From: a virus
Taxonomy: Duplodnaviria; Heunggongvirae; Uroviricota; Caudoviricetes
Virus record (IMG/VR): IMGVR_UViG_2734482538_000012
Direction: 5' to 3' (one strand)
DNA length: 49,248 nt
Shown: positions 1 through 11,073 of the stretch, in pieces
Numbering within the stretch: position 1 is the stretch's first letter
Layout: the number at the start of each line of letters is the position of its first letter
Program-made: the position numbers and the translations under genes
Notes under the pieces: generated by a model
Database searches by the model: none
Told to the model about the DNA's origin: nothing
What the model saw: the letters and a program-made list of their open reading frames with translations, nothing else

Positions 1-212
1 CACAACATCCGAGGACAGCATCGTCCGCTGGCCCACAGAAGTCCGGAAAGTCATGGAAGGTCGTTGTTGGGAGGAGGTACAAATTCTCTCATGCAAAAAA
101 TACGTAAAATCGATAATAGCTGGAAATAATTCAATACATGCACTCTCGAAAGTGCATCAGCCAACCGCAGAACGTTATTGCATACAACGTTTCTGCGGCA
201 TAATCCCAATGA

Positions 213-797
213 TTACTCCCTGACAGGGTTCGTAGGCCACTCAATATCAGGTGCAGTTGACGTATCAACACGGTTCAGCAATACCCGATACTTTTTCCAT
301 GCTTCCAGCAACGAGATTTCTTCCTCCGTTGCAATTTCCAGATCTGCAGCATCCTGAAGCGGCGCAATATGCTCACTGGCTACCTGCATCAGGTTGTTTT
401 TTGTTTCTTCCGCCTCCCGGATCCGGAACAGTTTTTCTGCTTCCGTATCCTTCACCCAGGCTGTGCCGTTCCACTTCTGAAACTCCCCTTCCGGCGATAA
501 CCAGGTAACATTTTCCGGTAACGGACCGAGTTCAGAAATAAATAACGCGTCGCCGGAAGCCACGTCATAAACCGTTTTACCCCGATGATCTTCAACGAGA
601 TGCCACGATGACTCATCACTGTTGAAAACAGCCACGAAGCCAGCCGGAATATCTGGCGGTGCAATATCGGTACTGTTTGCTGGCAGACCTGTATGAGGCG
701 GAATATATGCATCACCTTCACCAATAAATTCATTAGTTCCGGCCAGCAGATTATAAATTTTTATGGTCCGTGGTTGTTCACTCATTCTGAATGCCAT
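213..797 (-). CDS. tfaR: Tail fibre assembly protein (Tfa family)
   Basis: 194 aa ORF directly downstream of the side tail fibre gene, start codon overlapping its stop; N-terminus [20 protein letters not shown] matches my recollection of Rac TfaR and lambda Tfa. Confidence 0.85.
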   Translation of the reverse strand: MAFRMSEQPRTIKIYNLLAGTNEFIGEGDAYIPPHTGLPANSTDIAPPDIPAGFVAVFNSDESSWHLVEDHRGKTVYDVASGDALFISELGPLPENVTWLSPEGEFQKWNGTAWVKDTEAEKLFRIREAEETKNNLMQVASEHIAPLQDAADLEIATEEEISLLEAWKKYRVLLNRVDTSTAPDIEWPTNPVRE

Positions 798-3757
798 TAT
801 GCAAGCCTCACAATATAGTTAAATGCGATGTTTTTGACGGTGTTTTCCGCGTTACCAGCAGCGTTAACGGTGATGGTGTGTCCATGTGAACCAATCGCAA
901 CGGAGTGCGTATGAGCACCAATACCGACAGTATGCGCGTGTGCACCTGCAGATGCTGCTGTGCCGGACAGTGAATGGCTATGATTACCATCTATACTGGT
1001 ATTCGCTAACCACCCCGTAGACATACCTACTGAGCCTTGTACACCCCAGGTATTTTGACCTGAGCTTGTATAACCATATTGATAAGTATCTTTAAAAACA
1101 CTGGGGTTAAATCGACGGCCATCTCTATGGCTGTGATTACCAGCTGCATTCGTGCTGCCACTTAAACTATGGGTATGCGCACCAGTGTTATTCGTGGATT
1201 TAGTGCCGTAATCAAACGACGATGTGGTTTTCGTCCCCAAATCCGTACTGGATGCGCTGGCGCTGTGGGTATGCGATTTAATGCCGTCCTGTTCCTGAGA
1301 CAATACGGCCCGACCACTGGCAGGTTTGCCCTTAATCGTCCAGCCACGCATATCAGGGATCACGCCTGACGGATAAGCCGCTGCAAGTTTCGGGTATGCA
1401 GATTTGTCAAAAGCCTGCCCCTGCATCAGGGCATAGCCAGACGGAACGGTATCTGATGGCCACGGGATTGGTGCGCCAGGCGGATAAAACTGCTCTGATG
1501 GCGTATAGAGTGAATAAACTGTACCGTCCGTTAACCCTTCCGGCTTATTAGCAGAATATGCTGGTGACGTATGAATCGTCACGCTGGCATTACTGGTATA
1601 ATCCCATTGAATATTTACACCAGTCGCATAATTTCCGATTGCAACGTAAATATCGTAAGTATCACCAGATGTATTAACCCAGGCAAAATTTGTAAACCCT
1701 GTCAATGTGCGCTGCCATAAAGCACCAGTAATCCCCTTCGGATTACCATTACCTGCACGTAAAACAAGTTCAGATATACCTGCCTGTTGAGGTGACCCCA
1801 CGTTAAATCCAGCGCCACCAATCAACGTAATTGAAACAACAGAACTCGCCTGTGGCATGGTTACCGTTGCTAATTTGAACCAACCAGCACCACCGCTGAA
1901 TGACATTGTTGTTGAGTTAAGCGTACCAATATCTTTCGGCGTCAGTGTTATATCCGCTGAAAGCGCCTTACCATTCACCTTACGGGCAGAAGGTACCCGA
2001 CCATTCGCATTGTCATTAGCTGCTTTCACTGCTTTCGGTGTCGCAGCAAGCGTTTCAGATGTGCTGTTGGTTGCACTACTGAGCTGGACAATTCCTTTTT
2101 GTGCTGTCGTAGCGTCCTGTGCGGTGTATTTCCCGTTAGCCAGGTCATACGCGGCCTTAACGGCTTTTGGCGTTGCCGCCTGTGACTCGGAAGTGCTGTT
2201 AGTCGCACTGCTGAGCTGAACTATCCCTTTCTGTGCTGTCGTTGCATCCTGTGCGGTGTATTTCCCGTTAGCCAGGTCATACGCGGCCTTAACGGCTTTT
2301 GGCGTTGCCGCCTGTGACTCGGAAGTGCTGTTGGTCGCACTGCTGAGCTGTACTATCCCCTTTTTCGTCGTGCTCGCATCCTCAAGCGCCACGGCGGATG
2401 CAATATCCTCTGCCCGTTTTGCTGCTGTCTCGGCGCGCGTTGCCGCGGATTCCGCCGTACTTTTGCTCTGTGCTGCCGCTGCCGCACTGCCAGCAGCCTC
2501 TGTCGCCTTCGTGGATGCCGTCGTGGCGCTGCCCCTCGCTGCTGACGCCTGTCTGGTCGCCTCATCTTTTGAAGCAGACGCAGATGATGCCGATGACGCC
2601 GCCGAACTGGCGGACGATGCGGCAGCCGTTTTTGAGGATTCTGCGCTGGTTTCCGACGCTTTCGCGTTCGTTTCGGATGTCTTCGCTGCGGAAGCAGACC
2701 TCGCTGCTGCGCTGGCCTGTTCAGTGGCTTCGCCAGCCTTCGTTGTGGCTGTTGAAGCGGATGATGCGGCGCTTTCTGCCGATTTTCCGGCGGCGGTGGC
2801 ACTGACTGCTGCCTCCTCTGCCTTAATGGACGCCTCACGGGCCGATGATGCAGCTGCTGTCTCAGAGTCTGCCGCAGCTGAGGCGCTCTGTTCCGCTGCC
2901 GTTTCAGAAGACTTAGCATTCGTCTCGGACGTTTTTGCCGCCTTCACGGAATTTCCTGCCGCCGTTGCCGAGGAGGCTGCACTGCTGGCGCTTGTGGAGG
3001 CGTTCGTTTCTGATGATTTTGCCGCCTCTTTGGAGGCCGCCGCATCTCTGGCTGAAGTGGCGGCTTCTGACGCTTTCGTTGTCGCAGTGGATGCAGAAGT
3101 GGCTGCTGATTTTTGTGACGCTGCAGCATTCGTTTCTGACGTTTTCGCCGCACCGGCACTGGTGGCCGCCGCGCTTTTTGAGGACTCTGCAGCGGCAGCA
3201 CTTTTTGATGCTTCAGTGGCCTTTGTTGATGCCGTTCCTGCGCTGGAAGACGCCTCCTGAGCCGAAGTCGCGGCCTGTCCGGCTGACGTGCTGGCTGCAC
3301 GCGCTGAGCCTGCAGCATCAGTCGCATGGGTTGCCGCCTCACGGGCAGATGTGCCGGCATCACTGGCTGACTTCTTCGCGGCTGCCGTGTTCTGTGCCAC
3401 CGCGGACGCGTTACGCGCCACCTCTTCCACCATCAGTTCAAAACGGCGCAGAGCCTCCGGACGGGCATCATCCTCCGTCATGGCACCGAGAAAATCATTC
3501 AGCGTACCGGGTCGGGAATCTTCATACACAGTGATGGTCCCGGCATGTGACGGCGGGAATCCTTCCACCAACAGAATAACGCTGTACTGACCGTACTCAA
3601 CGTCCATGCTGTAACGCCCGGCTTCATCCGGATTTTCTGAGGCCAGCGTGTTCACCACCACCGTGGTGCTGTTACGTTTTGCTTTCAGCTGGATTGTGCA
3701 GTTCTGTACCGGTTTTCCTGTGCCGTCTTTCAGTACACCTGAAATCTTTACTGCCAT
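797..3757 (-). CDS. stfR: Side tail fibre protein with a long Ala/Ser/Thr-rich shaft and three 44-aa phage tail fibre repeats
   Basis: 988 aa ORF (track start 3763 is GTG; first ATG at 3757 gives [12 protein letters not shown]). Position after lom and before tfa; three copies of a [15 protein letters not shown]...[10 protein letters not shown] motif; C-terminal His-rich region. Confidence 0.85.
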   Translation of the reverse strand: MAVKISGVLKDGTGKPVQNCTIQLKAKRNSTTVVVNTLASENPDEAGRYSMDVEYGQYSVILLVEGFPPSHAGTITVYEDSRPGTLNDFLGAMTEDDARPEALRRFELMVEEVARNASAVAQNTAAAKKSASDAGTSAREAATHATDAAGSARAASTSAGQAATSAQEASSSAGTASTKATEASKSAAAAESSKSAAATSAGAAKTSETNAAASQKSAATSASTATTKASEAATSARDAAASKEAAKSSETNASTSASSAASSATAAGNSVKAAKTSETNAKSSETAAEQSASAAADSETAAASSAREASIKAEEAAVSATAAGKSAESAASSASTATTKAGEATEQASAAARSASAAKTSETNAKASETSAESSKTAAASSASSAASSASSASASKDEATRQASAARGSATTASTKATEAAGSAAAAAQSKSTAESAATRAETAAKRAEDIASAVALEDASTTKKGIVQLSSATNSTSESQAATPKAVKAAYDLANGKYTAQDATTAQKGIVQLSSATNSTSESQAATPKAVKAAYDLANGKYTAQDATTAQKGIVQLSSATNSTSETLAATPKAVKAANDNANGRVPSARKVNGKALSADITLTPKDIGTLNSTTMSFSGGAGWFKLATVTMPQASSVVSITLIGGAGFNVGSPQQAGISELVLRAGNGNPKGITGALWQRTLTGFTNFAWVNTSGDTYDIYVAIGNYATGVNIQWDYTSNASVTIHTSPAYSANKPEGLTDGTVYSLYTPSEQFYPPGAPIPWPSDTVPSGYALMQGQAFDKSAYPKLAAAYPSGVIPDMRGWTIKGKPASGRAVLSQEQDGIKSHTHSASASSTDLGTKTTSSFDYGTKSTNNTGAHTHSLSGSTNAAGNHSHRDGRRFNPSVFKDTYQYGYTSSGQNTWGVQGSVGMSTGWLANTSIDGNHSHSLSGTAASAGAHAHTVGIGAHTHSVAIGSHGHTITVNAAGNAENTVKNIAFNYIVRLA
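1975..2365. repeat. Tandem in-frame repeats of about 132 nt (about 3 copies) inside the tail fibre gene
   Basis: Near-identical nucleotide blocks starting near 2101 and 2233 (gtgctgtcgt...gctgagctg.actatccc) with a partial third copy; they encode the 44-aa protein repeat. Confidence 0.7.
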
Positions 3758-3765
3758 ATTCACCC

Positions 3766-3795
3766 CACAAAAAAGCCCGCCTGAACCGGCGGGCT
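3766..3795 (-). terminator. Rho-independent terminator downstream of lom
   Basis: GC-rich inverted repeat agcccgcc-tgaacc-ggcgggct; on the minus strand it is followed by a T-run (tttttgtgggg). Lies in the lom-stf intergenic region. Confidence 0.6.
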
Positions 3796-3821
3796 GTCAT
3801 AACACTGTGTTACCTGGCTAA

Positions 3822-4628
3822 TCAGAACTTATAACCGACACCCACGATGAAACCGTCAGTGCGCCAGTCGCCACTGCCGGAGCCTTCATAAGCAATATCA
3901 ATGGCCACGGATTCGGTCGGGTTAAACTGCACGCCAGCTCCCCACGCCAGAGACGTGTTGCTGTGGCGACCGTCATCACTTCCGGTCAGCACATCGTNNN
4001 NNNNNNNNNNNNNNNNNNNNNNNNNNNNNNNNNNNNNNNNNNNNNNNNNNNNNNNNNNNNNNNNNNNNNNNNNNNNNNNNNNNNNNNNNNNNNNNNNNNN
4101 NNNNNNNNNNNNNNNNNNNNNNNNNNNNNNNNNNNNNNNNNNNNNNNNNNNNNNNNNNNNNNNNNNNNNNNNNNNNNNNNNNNNNNNNNNNNNNNNNNNN
4201 NNNNNNNNNNNNNNNNNNNNNNNNNNNNNNNNNNNNNAATCCCCGGAAAAAGTCGACACACGGCTGTAAGCCACACCCGCCATCGCATACGCGCTGAACC
4301 ATTCATTCACGCGCACAGACGGCCCCGCCATCACGCTGAACCAGCGGTTACGCACGGAATCTTCATGCCAGCGGGTATCGCTGTAACGGGTCAGCTGGCG
4401 ATTCTTGTCTCCTGCATAGCTGAATGACGTCACCAGCCCCAGCGTATCCGTAAACTCATAACGGTATTTCACGTTAATCCCGTTCAGATCATCACTGCCG
4501 GGAACGTTGGTCCGGGCATGAAGATACCCCGCGCTCAGCGTGGACTGATGTTCAGACGCCCATGCAGGCGCACCGGATACGGCCAGGCAAATGGCTGCGG
4601 ACAAAATGGCTGCACAAACTTTACGCAT
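3822..4628 (-). CDS. lom: Outer-membrane protein Lom (Ail/Lom family), interrupted by an assembly gap
   Basis: N-terminus MRKVCAAILSAAICLAVSGAPAWASEHQSTLSAGY and C-terminus ...DGFIVGVGYKF match my recollection of lambda Lom; a 240-nt N-run replaces a short internal segment. Confidence 0.8.
   Translation of the reverse strand: MRKVCAAILSAAICLAVSGAPAWASEHQSTLSAGYLHARTNVPGSDDLNGINVKYRYEFTDTLGLVTSFSYAGDKNRQLTRYSDTRWHEDSVRNRWFSVMAGPSVRVNEWFSAYAMAGVAYSRVSTFSGDXXXXXXXXXXXXXXXXXXXXXXXXXXXXXXXXXXXXXXXXXXXXXXXXXXXXXXXXXXXXXXXXXXXXXXXXXXXXXXXXXDVLTGSDDGRHSNTSLAWGAGVQFNPTESVAIDIAYEGSGSGDWRTDGFIVGVGYKF
3998..4237. other. Assembly gap (240 N) inside lom
   Basis: Run of N characters in the sequence. Confidence 0.99.
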
Positions 4629-4698
4629 AATTACCTCTCGCTTTTCTGCAATAAAAAAGGCGTCATTCCTGACGCCATTTATTGGGGTTATAAATATT

Positions 4699-7600
4699 TC
4701 AACGAATACTGATGCCGGAAGCCGCTTTTTTGGTCACAATCACCGTACAGTCGGTGATATTGCCTGCCCCCTGATTGCCTTTCTGGAAAATCTTAAACTC
4801 CAGAGTGACGCTACCACCACCACTAGGCATATCAATAACTGCACTGTAACTACCGGGAATGGCACCTTTAGTTTCTCTGGATGCGATTAATACGCCGTTT
4901 TTGCGAACTTCAAAACCATAACCCGTGTATCGCGTGCCTCCCGGGTTATTTCCGCTCCCCGGATCGTCATACGCTATACCGTTAAAAATAATGGGCGGAA
5001 TAATAATCTGGCGGTCAAAGTTATGATCATCGCTGATGGTGACTGTAACCGTACCGTCTGGTGTTTCCGTGTTACCCCACGTACCGACTTTTTTCGGGAA
5101 GGCTTTTGATACAGCTTTAACGAAATCCCCTCTGACCTGGGTCGCCTCCAGCATGCCCTTAATCGTACAGTTCTGGTTAATCGTGACATTGTTGAGCGTT
5201 CCTGAGTTCGCATTCACACTACCACTGATATCCGCATTTTTAGCGGTCAGCTTTCCGTCTGATGTCAGGGAAAATACCGGAGGACTGCCACCGCTGGTAA
5301 TGGCGGGGGCTGTCAGGCGCTTCAGGAACACGTCGTTCATGAATATCTGGTTGCCCTGCGCCACAAACATCGGCGTTTCATTCCCGTTTGCCGGGTCAAT
5401 AAACGCGATACGATTGGCGGCAACCAGAAACTGGCTCAGCTTGCCTTCCTCCGTGTCCTCCATGCTGAGGCCAATACCCGCGACATAATGTTTGCCGTCT
5501 TTGGTCTGCTCAATTTTGACGCCCCACATCGCATTCCATTTATCGTTAGCGTCCTTCCACTCTTTCGAAAACTCATCCAGTCTGCTGGCGTTATCCTCCG
5601 TCAGATCAACTTTTTCCAGCAGCTCTTTACCGAGATGGGATTCGGTTATCTTGCCTTTGAAAAAATCCAGGTAACCTTCCGCATCATCGCTCGCCCGACC
5701 GACGGCCTCCACGAATGCCGATTTGCCAACGGTGTTCACACTGCGGATATAAAAGTAATAATCATGGCCCGGTTTGATATTGATACTGGCGGCTATCCAG
5801 TACAGCCCCGCGCCAAGGTAGCGGGCTGTGGTTTCAACCTGCCTGATATCGGTAATCCGCGTTTCCGAGAACCAGAACTCAAACTGTACCGTCGGATCAT
5901 AAACCGCAAGATGCGGCGTGGCAGTTATCTGAAAATAGCCCGGCGTCAGCTCAATCCGCGACGGTGCTACCGGTGCGGCAATCCTGAACGATACCGACGC
6001 CGGATCGCCCTGCTGTCCCCAGGCATTTACCGCCCGGACTGTCAGCGTGTACCGTCCCAGCGCCAGTTGCGTGAAGCGGTATGTGGTTTCCGTCGTCCGG
6101 GCCGTGCTGACCNNNNNNNNNNNNNNNNNNNNNNNNNNNNNNNNNNNNNNNNNNNNNNNNNNNNNNNNNNNNNNNNNNNNNNNNNNNNNNNNNNNNNNNN
6201 NNNNNNNNNNNNNNNNNNNNNNNNNNNNNNNNNNNNNNNNNNNNNNNNNNNNNNNNNNNNNNNNNNNNNNNNNNNNNNNNNNNNNNNNNNNNNNNNNNNN
6301 NNNNNNNNNNNNNNNNNNNNNNNNNNNNNNNNNNNNNNNNNNNNNNNNNNNNNNNNNNNNNNNNNNNNNNNNNNNNNNNNNNNNNNNNNNNNNNNNNNNN
6401 NNNNNNNNNNNNNNNNNNNNNNNNNNNNNNGCCGTCAGGAACACGGCTCACTTTCACCTTCACGCCGTCGGTGACGGACTGAACCTCCACGCTGACCGGA
6501 TTGCCACTTCCGTCAACCAGGCTTATCAGCATGGTACCGGAGGATGGCAGCGTGATTTCACGGTCGAGCGTCAGCGTCCGGGTCTGGCTGTTTACCGCCA
6601 GCACGCGCCCGCCGATGCTGATACCCGCATAGTCATCATCACAGATTTCAATGACATCGCCCGGCACATGGCGAAGCCCTTCTGCGCCCACGCTGAAGTC
6701 CACGGTCTGCGTTTCCAGCAGTTCTGTTTTAATCAGCCACAGCCCGGCGCGGTGTGCCTGCCCCCGGCTGGTACAGCCAAAAGCATCCATCTTCGTGACG
6801 TTACGACCGTAACGGGCAATGGCCTGCGTATCCTCCACAAGCTCTGTCGCCGTCTCCCAGCCGTTATCCGGGTCAATCCAGTTCACCTCAACGGCATTAT
6901 GGCGGTCTTTCAGGGCGCTGAAGCTGTAGCGGAACGGCGCGCCATCATCCGGCATCACCACATTACTGCGGTTATAGGTCCACACCTTATCCGACGGTCG
7001 GTCCTGCACGAACGTCAGCGTCTGCCCGTTCCATACCGGCATACAGCGCATCGCCGAGCAGAAATCACTGAGCACATCCCACGCCTTGCGCTGTGTGGTC
7101 AGGTACGCATTACAGGTGATGCGCGGCTCCGTGCCGCCAAAGCCGTCCGGCACTGACTGGTCGCAGTACTGGCCGATGACATACAGCGCCCATTTGTCCA
7201 CATCCGCCGCACCAAGACGTTTCCCCATGCCGTAGCGCGGGTGGGTCAGCATATCCCACAGACACCAGGCCATGTTGTTGCTGTATGCTGGTTTTAACGT
7301 TCCGTCCCAGATACCGCTGTATTGTCGCGTCTGCGGGTTATAGTTCGACGGCACCTGCAGAATGCGCCCGCGAAGATGATAATTACGANNNNNNNNNNNN
7401 NNNNNNNNNNNNNNNNNNNNNNNNNNNNNNNNNNNNNNNNNNNNNNNNNNNNNNNNNNNNNNNNNNNNNNNNNNNNNNNNNNNNNNNNNNNNNNNNNNNN
7501 NNNNNNNNNNNNNNNNNNNNNNNNNNNNNNNNNNNNNNNNNNNNNNNNNNNNNNNNNNNNNNNNNNNNNNNNNNNNNNNNNNNNNNNNNNNNNNNNNNNN

Positions 7601-8682
7601 NNNNNNNNNNNNNNNNNNNNNNNNNNNNNNNNNNNNNNACAGCGCATCGCCGAGCAGAAATCACTGAGCACATCCCACGCCTTGCGCTGTGTGGTCAGCC
7701 AGGCATTACAGGTGATGCGCGGCTCCGTGCTGCCAAAGCCGTCCGGCACCGACTGGTCACAGTACTGGCCGATGACATACAGCGCCCATTTATCCACATC
7801 TGCCGCACCAAGACGTTTCCCCATGCCATAGCGCGGATGGGTCAGCATATCCCACAGACACCAGGCCATGTTGTTGCTGTATGCCGGTTTTAACGTTCCG
7901 TCCCAGATACCGCTGTATTGCCGCGTCTGCGGATTATAGTTCGACGGCACCTGCAGAATGCGCCCGCGAAGATGATAATTACGGCTCACCTGCTGGCTGC
8001 CGAACTGCTCCGAATCCACCTGTACGCCGACCAGTGCCGTGTTCGGGTAGCACTGTTTCACATCGATGATTTCGGTGTATGACGACCAGAGCGTTTTGTT
8101 CTGCAGCTGGTCTGTGGTGCTGTCCGGTGTCATCCTGCGCATCCGGATACTGAACGGGCGCGGAGGCAGGTTATCCACCACCACCGAGACCAGATACTGC
8201 GAGGTGGTTTTGCCCTTAATGGTGATGTCTTTTTCCGTCACCCAGCCACCGTTACGCTGTATCTGAACCAGCAGGCGAACTTCAGACGGATTCCTGTCTC
8301 CCTTTGAGGTGGTTTCCACCAGTGCCTGTACACCGAAGGTAAAACGCAGTCGGTCAATGTTTGCCGACGTGATGGTCCGGGTGATCGGCGTGTCATATTT
8401 CACTTCCGTACCCAGCACCGTCTCGGAGCCGGAGGATTCAAACCCCTCCGGCGGTGACTGCTCCTGCTCACCTGCCCGGAACACCACCGTGACGCCGGAG
8501 ATGTTGGTATTCCCCTCATTGTCCAGCACCGGCGTACTGTTCAGCAGCACGCTTTTTAATCCATCCACCGGACCTTCAACCGGCCCTTCACTGATGGCAT
8601 CGATCACACTCAGCAGCTGCGTGGACTTCAGGTTGTCCTTCGCTTCGCGCGGGGTATGCCCCTTACTGCTGCCTTTACCCAT
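4699..8682 (-). CDS. J: Tail tip / host specificity protein J, fragmented by two N-gaps and a duplicated flank
   Basis: Three track ORFs (7294-8682, 5951-7354, 4699-6444) are collinear pieces of one J-like protein; N-terminus [41 protein letters not shown] matches lambda J as I recall it; the C-terminal part lies upstream of lom as in lambda. Confidence 0.8.
6113..6430. other. Assembly gap (318 N) inside J
   Basis: Run of N characters. Confidence 0.99.
7043..7983. repeat. About 345 bp of J sequence present on both sides of the 7388-7638 gap as non-identical copies
   Basis: Sequence from acagcgcatcgccgagcagaaatcactgagc to gatgataattacg occurs at about 7043-7387 and again at 7639-7983 with roughly a dozen substitutions; both encode [32 protein letters not shown]... 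Confidence 0.85.
7388..7638. other. Assembly gap (about 251 N) inside J
   Basis: Run of N characters. Confidence 0.99.
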
Positions 8683-8742
8683 TCCTCACGCTCCATAAAC
8701 GACAAAACCGCCCGCAGGCGGTTTCTCATAAAACATTTTGCA

Positions 8743-9390
8743 TCAGCGACCAATCACCACAACCTGACCACCATCCCCTTCGTCTGCCGTGCTGATCTCC
8801 TGAGAAACCACACGTGACCCCACGCGCATTTCCCCGTACAGAACAGGCAGAACATTACCCTGGGCAACCATGTTATCCAGTGACGAGAAATACGTGTTCT
8901 GTTTGCCGTTATCTGTACTGGCTGCCGTGGGCGTCCTGGCTTTCGGTGCCAGCATCTGCGCCACACCACCCAGGATCATACTGGCCCCTGCTGCATACAT
9001 ACCCGATACAGCCGCGGCCCCCAGCCAGCCCACAGGGTTCCACCATGCCACCGCAATCAGCGCCGCACCCAGCACCGCCTGAAACACACCGCCACTTTTG
9101 GCACCCGCCAGACGCGGAACGATGTGGATCACGGCACCATTTGCCAGCGGTTCATTAAGACGGGCAGATAATTCATTTTCGCCTGCATCACGCCCGGCAA
9201 TGCGCACCTGATACCAGCCGTCGCTCAGTTTCTGACGAAATGCCGGGAGCTGTGTGGCCAGTGCCCGGATGGCTTCGGCCCCCGTTTTCACACGAAGGTC
9301 GATGCGGCGGCCAAATCGCTGCAAATCCCCGTAAAGGCAGATGCGTGCCATGCCCGGTGACGCCAGAGGGAGTGTGTGCGTCGCTGCCAT
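8743..9390 (-). CDS. I: Tail assembly protein I
   Basis: 215 aa; N-terminus MAATHTLPLASPGMARICLYGDLQRFGRRIDLRVKTGAEAIRALATQLPAFRQ and C-terminus ...EGDGGQVVVIGR match lambda gpI as I recall it; overlaps the 3' end of K as in lambda. Confidence 0.85.
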   Translation of the reverse strand: MAATHTLPLASPGMARICLYGDLQRFGRRIDLRVKTGAEAIRALATQLPAFRQKLSDGWYQVRIAGRDAGENELSARLNEPLANGAVIHIVPRLAGAKSGGVFQAVLGAALIAVAWWNPVGWLGAAAVSGMYAAGASMILGGVAQMLAPKARTPTAASTDNGKQNTYFSSLDNMVAQGNVLPVLYGEMRVGSRVVSQEISTADEGDGGQVVVIGR

Positions 9391-10031
9391 TTGTCGGTAT
9401 ACCTCTCTCGTTTGCTCAGTTGTTCAGGAATATGGTGCAGCAGCTCGCCGTCACCACAGTAAATGGCGGCATGATTCGGCACCGATGAACCAAAACAGCA
9501 CAGCAGCACATCGCCCGGCTGCGCCGTTGACAACGGCACCTGATACAGCCCTGTAGCCTCCAGATTATCCAGATAGAGATTCTGACCATTACGCCACCAG
9601 TCGTCCTCACGATGAAAATCTGGCATCTCAATTCCCGCCAGATGGTAAGCGTCCCGGAACAGCGTGTAACAGTCCGTCACCCCGTGCTCAAAGCGCCGCC
9701 CGGTGAGATGCGGCACACAGCGGAACTTGTGAATCGCCCCGCGGCAGACCAGCCACCACGACAAATCACTCTGCACCTGCAGCCGCCGGTCGGCCTCACT
9801 CAGCCAGGGCAGACCACCGGGGTGGCTGTGGACCAGCGCCACAATCTCACCCTGCATCTCTGCCTGCAGCCAGTCCTCCGGAGCCATCCGGAAATACTCC
9901 TCCGGCTCACCGGAAATATTCACGCAGGGAAAATATCTTTCCCCCTCCGGTGTTCTCACCACGAAGCCGCACGACTCCGCTGGCGCACATCGCCGGGCGT
10001 GCGCCAGAATCGCTGATTCTGTCTGTGTCAT
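9288..10031 (-). CDS. K: Tail assembly protein K (MPN/JAMM plus NlpC/P60 domains)
   Basis: 247 aa; JAMM-like HSHPGG motif; Cys/His pattern typical of NlpC/P60 (GVTDCYTLFRDAYHLAG); gene order K-I. Confidence 0.85.
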   Translation of the reverse strand: MTQTESAILAHARRCAPAESCGFVVRTPEGERYFPCVNISGEPEEYFRMAPEDWLQAEMQGEIVALVHSHPGGLPWLSEADRRLQVQSDLSWWLVCRGAIHKFRCVPHLTGRRFEHGVTDCYTLFRDAYHLAGIEMPDFHREDDWWRNGQNLYLDNLEATGLYQVPLSTAQPGDVLLCCFGSSVPNHAAIYCGDGELLHHIPEQLSKRERYTDKWQRRTHSLWRHRAWHASAFTGICSDLAAASTFV

Positions 10032-10036
10032 GGGAT

Positions 10037-10735
10037 TTACTGCGAAAGTTTGTTAATGGAAAGGAAGCCGCCAAAGTTGCCGACGTTATTGCGGAACTTA
10101 CAACCGCTCAGGCATTTGCTGCATTTATCCTTCGTGATATCGGACGTTGGCTGGTCATATTCATCCGCGACAGCCGGACCGTGATAACCGCACTCATCAC
10201 CGCGATAGGTCCAGGTGCAGGTATTAGCAAGCATGATGCGCCCCGGAAAAACAGCGCCGTCCGTTTCCGTCGGCGTGGACAGTACAAAGGAGGCACTGAC
10301 CGCGCTCAGTTCGCTGCACTGCTCAATACGCCAGCGGCTGATCACCTCCTGCTCCGGATCGGCGTCACTGTTTCCGTTGACGAAGTTCACCGCATCCAGA
10401 AAACGGGCGTAAACCTTACGCCTGACCACCGTTCCGCCGACCAGACTCTGCAGGTCTTCCGCCATCCCGGTGACCATGCCGTGCAGATTAGAGACTTTCA
10501 GCGTTGGCCTTGCACTGGCACCTTTGCCGTTCATCTCAAATCCACTCCCCTGAATGGGATAGGCCTGATACTGCCGACTCTGCCAGGTGACAGACTCTCC
10601 TTTCTCGTTCTGCTCATTGCAGAAAAAGTAGCGATCCCCGCCTACCTCGGTCAGGTCGATTTCCCAGAGCACCACGCTGGCCGACTGCTCCGCACGAATG
10701 CATTCATTCAGCGTTTCCTGTTGTATGTCCTGCAT
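10037..10735 (-). CDS. L: Minor tail protein L
   Basis: 232 aa, same length as lambda gpL; C-terminal cysteine cluster (CGYHGP...CSKCLSGCKF) consistent with the Fe-S site of gpL; sits between M and K. Confidence 0.85.
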   Translation of the reverse strand: MQDIQQETLNECIRAEQSASVVLWEIDLTEVGGDRYFFCNEQNEKGESVTWQSRQYQAYPIQGSGFEMNGKGASARPTLKVSNLHGMVTGMAEDLQSLVGGTVVRRKVYARFLDAVNFVNGNSDADPEQEVISRWRIEQCSELSAVSASFVLSTPTETDGAVFPGRIMLANTCTWTYRGDECGYHGPAVADEYDQPTSDITKDKCSKCLSGCKFRNNVGNFGGFLSINKLSQ

Positions 10736-11073
10736 CAGATCACCACTTCGTCAAACTGACACGAAAAATCGGTATAGGTGATATGTTCTGTCGCTGACCA
10801 CGTTCGACACACCACTCTGATTTTTCTGTTAATACCCGGCGGGCGCCAAAAAAAAGATTTATAGCCTTCATGCCGGGCTAAAAATTTTTCAAATGAATCA
10901 CGTTCATTCGCCTCAACTTTGAAATCACAGGTGAAAACGCGCAGAGAATGATTAAGTCCATTTGGACTTCGTTGCTCATAACCATCACCAAATCTTACAG
11001 TTTTTATCGATGGTTTATTTTCTGTTTTCATTCCATCCTCTGGTAACCAGTGAAATTCTTCCGTATTAGCCAC
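10735..11073 (-). CDS. M: Minor tail protein M
   Basis: 112 aa; motifs [10 protein letters not shown] and [16 protein letters not shown] resemble lambda gpM; immediately downstream of the tape measure gene. Confidence 0.8.
   Translation of the reverse strand: MANTEEFHWLPEDGMKTENKPSIKTVRFGDGYEQRSPNGLNHSLRVFTCDFKVEANERDSFEKFLARHEGYKSFFWRPPGINRKIRVVCRTWSATEHITYTDFSCQFDEVVI

Noticed and set aside
2-208. Open reading frame running in from the left window edge on the plus strand (ends ...[11 protein letters not shown]) with an imperfect 11-bp inverted repeat at about 166-199
   Set aside because: Only the last 68 codons are present and I recognise no family; it is not convincingly a Pin-type invertase C-terminus, and the hairpin lacks a T-run so it is not a clear terminator. 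Not reportable as a feature without flanking sequence.
2256-3363. Long track ORFs inside and antisense to the tail fibre gene (2256-3260 +, 2353-2919 -, 2398-2805 +, 2935-3534 +, 2944-3363 -)
   Set aside because: They lie within the GC-rich, repetitive Ala/Ser-rich part of stf where stop codons are depleted in all frames; the translations are low-complexity (poly-Ala/Arg/Pro/Leu) and have no start context. The 988-aa tail fibre frame is the coherent one.
5036-6474. Plus-strand ORFs antisense to J (5036-5488, 5488-6474)
   Set aside because: They overlap the well-supported J coding frame on the opposite strand and run into an N-gap; no ribosome binding site or recognisable domain.
3901-7673. 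Track ORFs whose translations are mostly X (3901-4269, 3963-4427, 3976-4302, 3986-4306, 6047-7156, 7285-7893, 7322-7831, 7383-7673)
   Set aside because: They are produced by reading through N-runs; they are gap artefacts, not genes.
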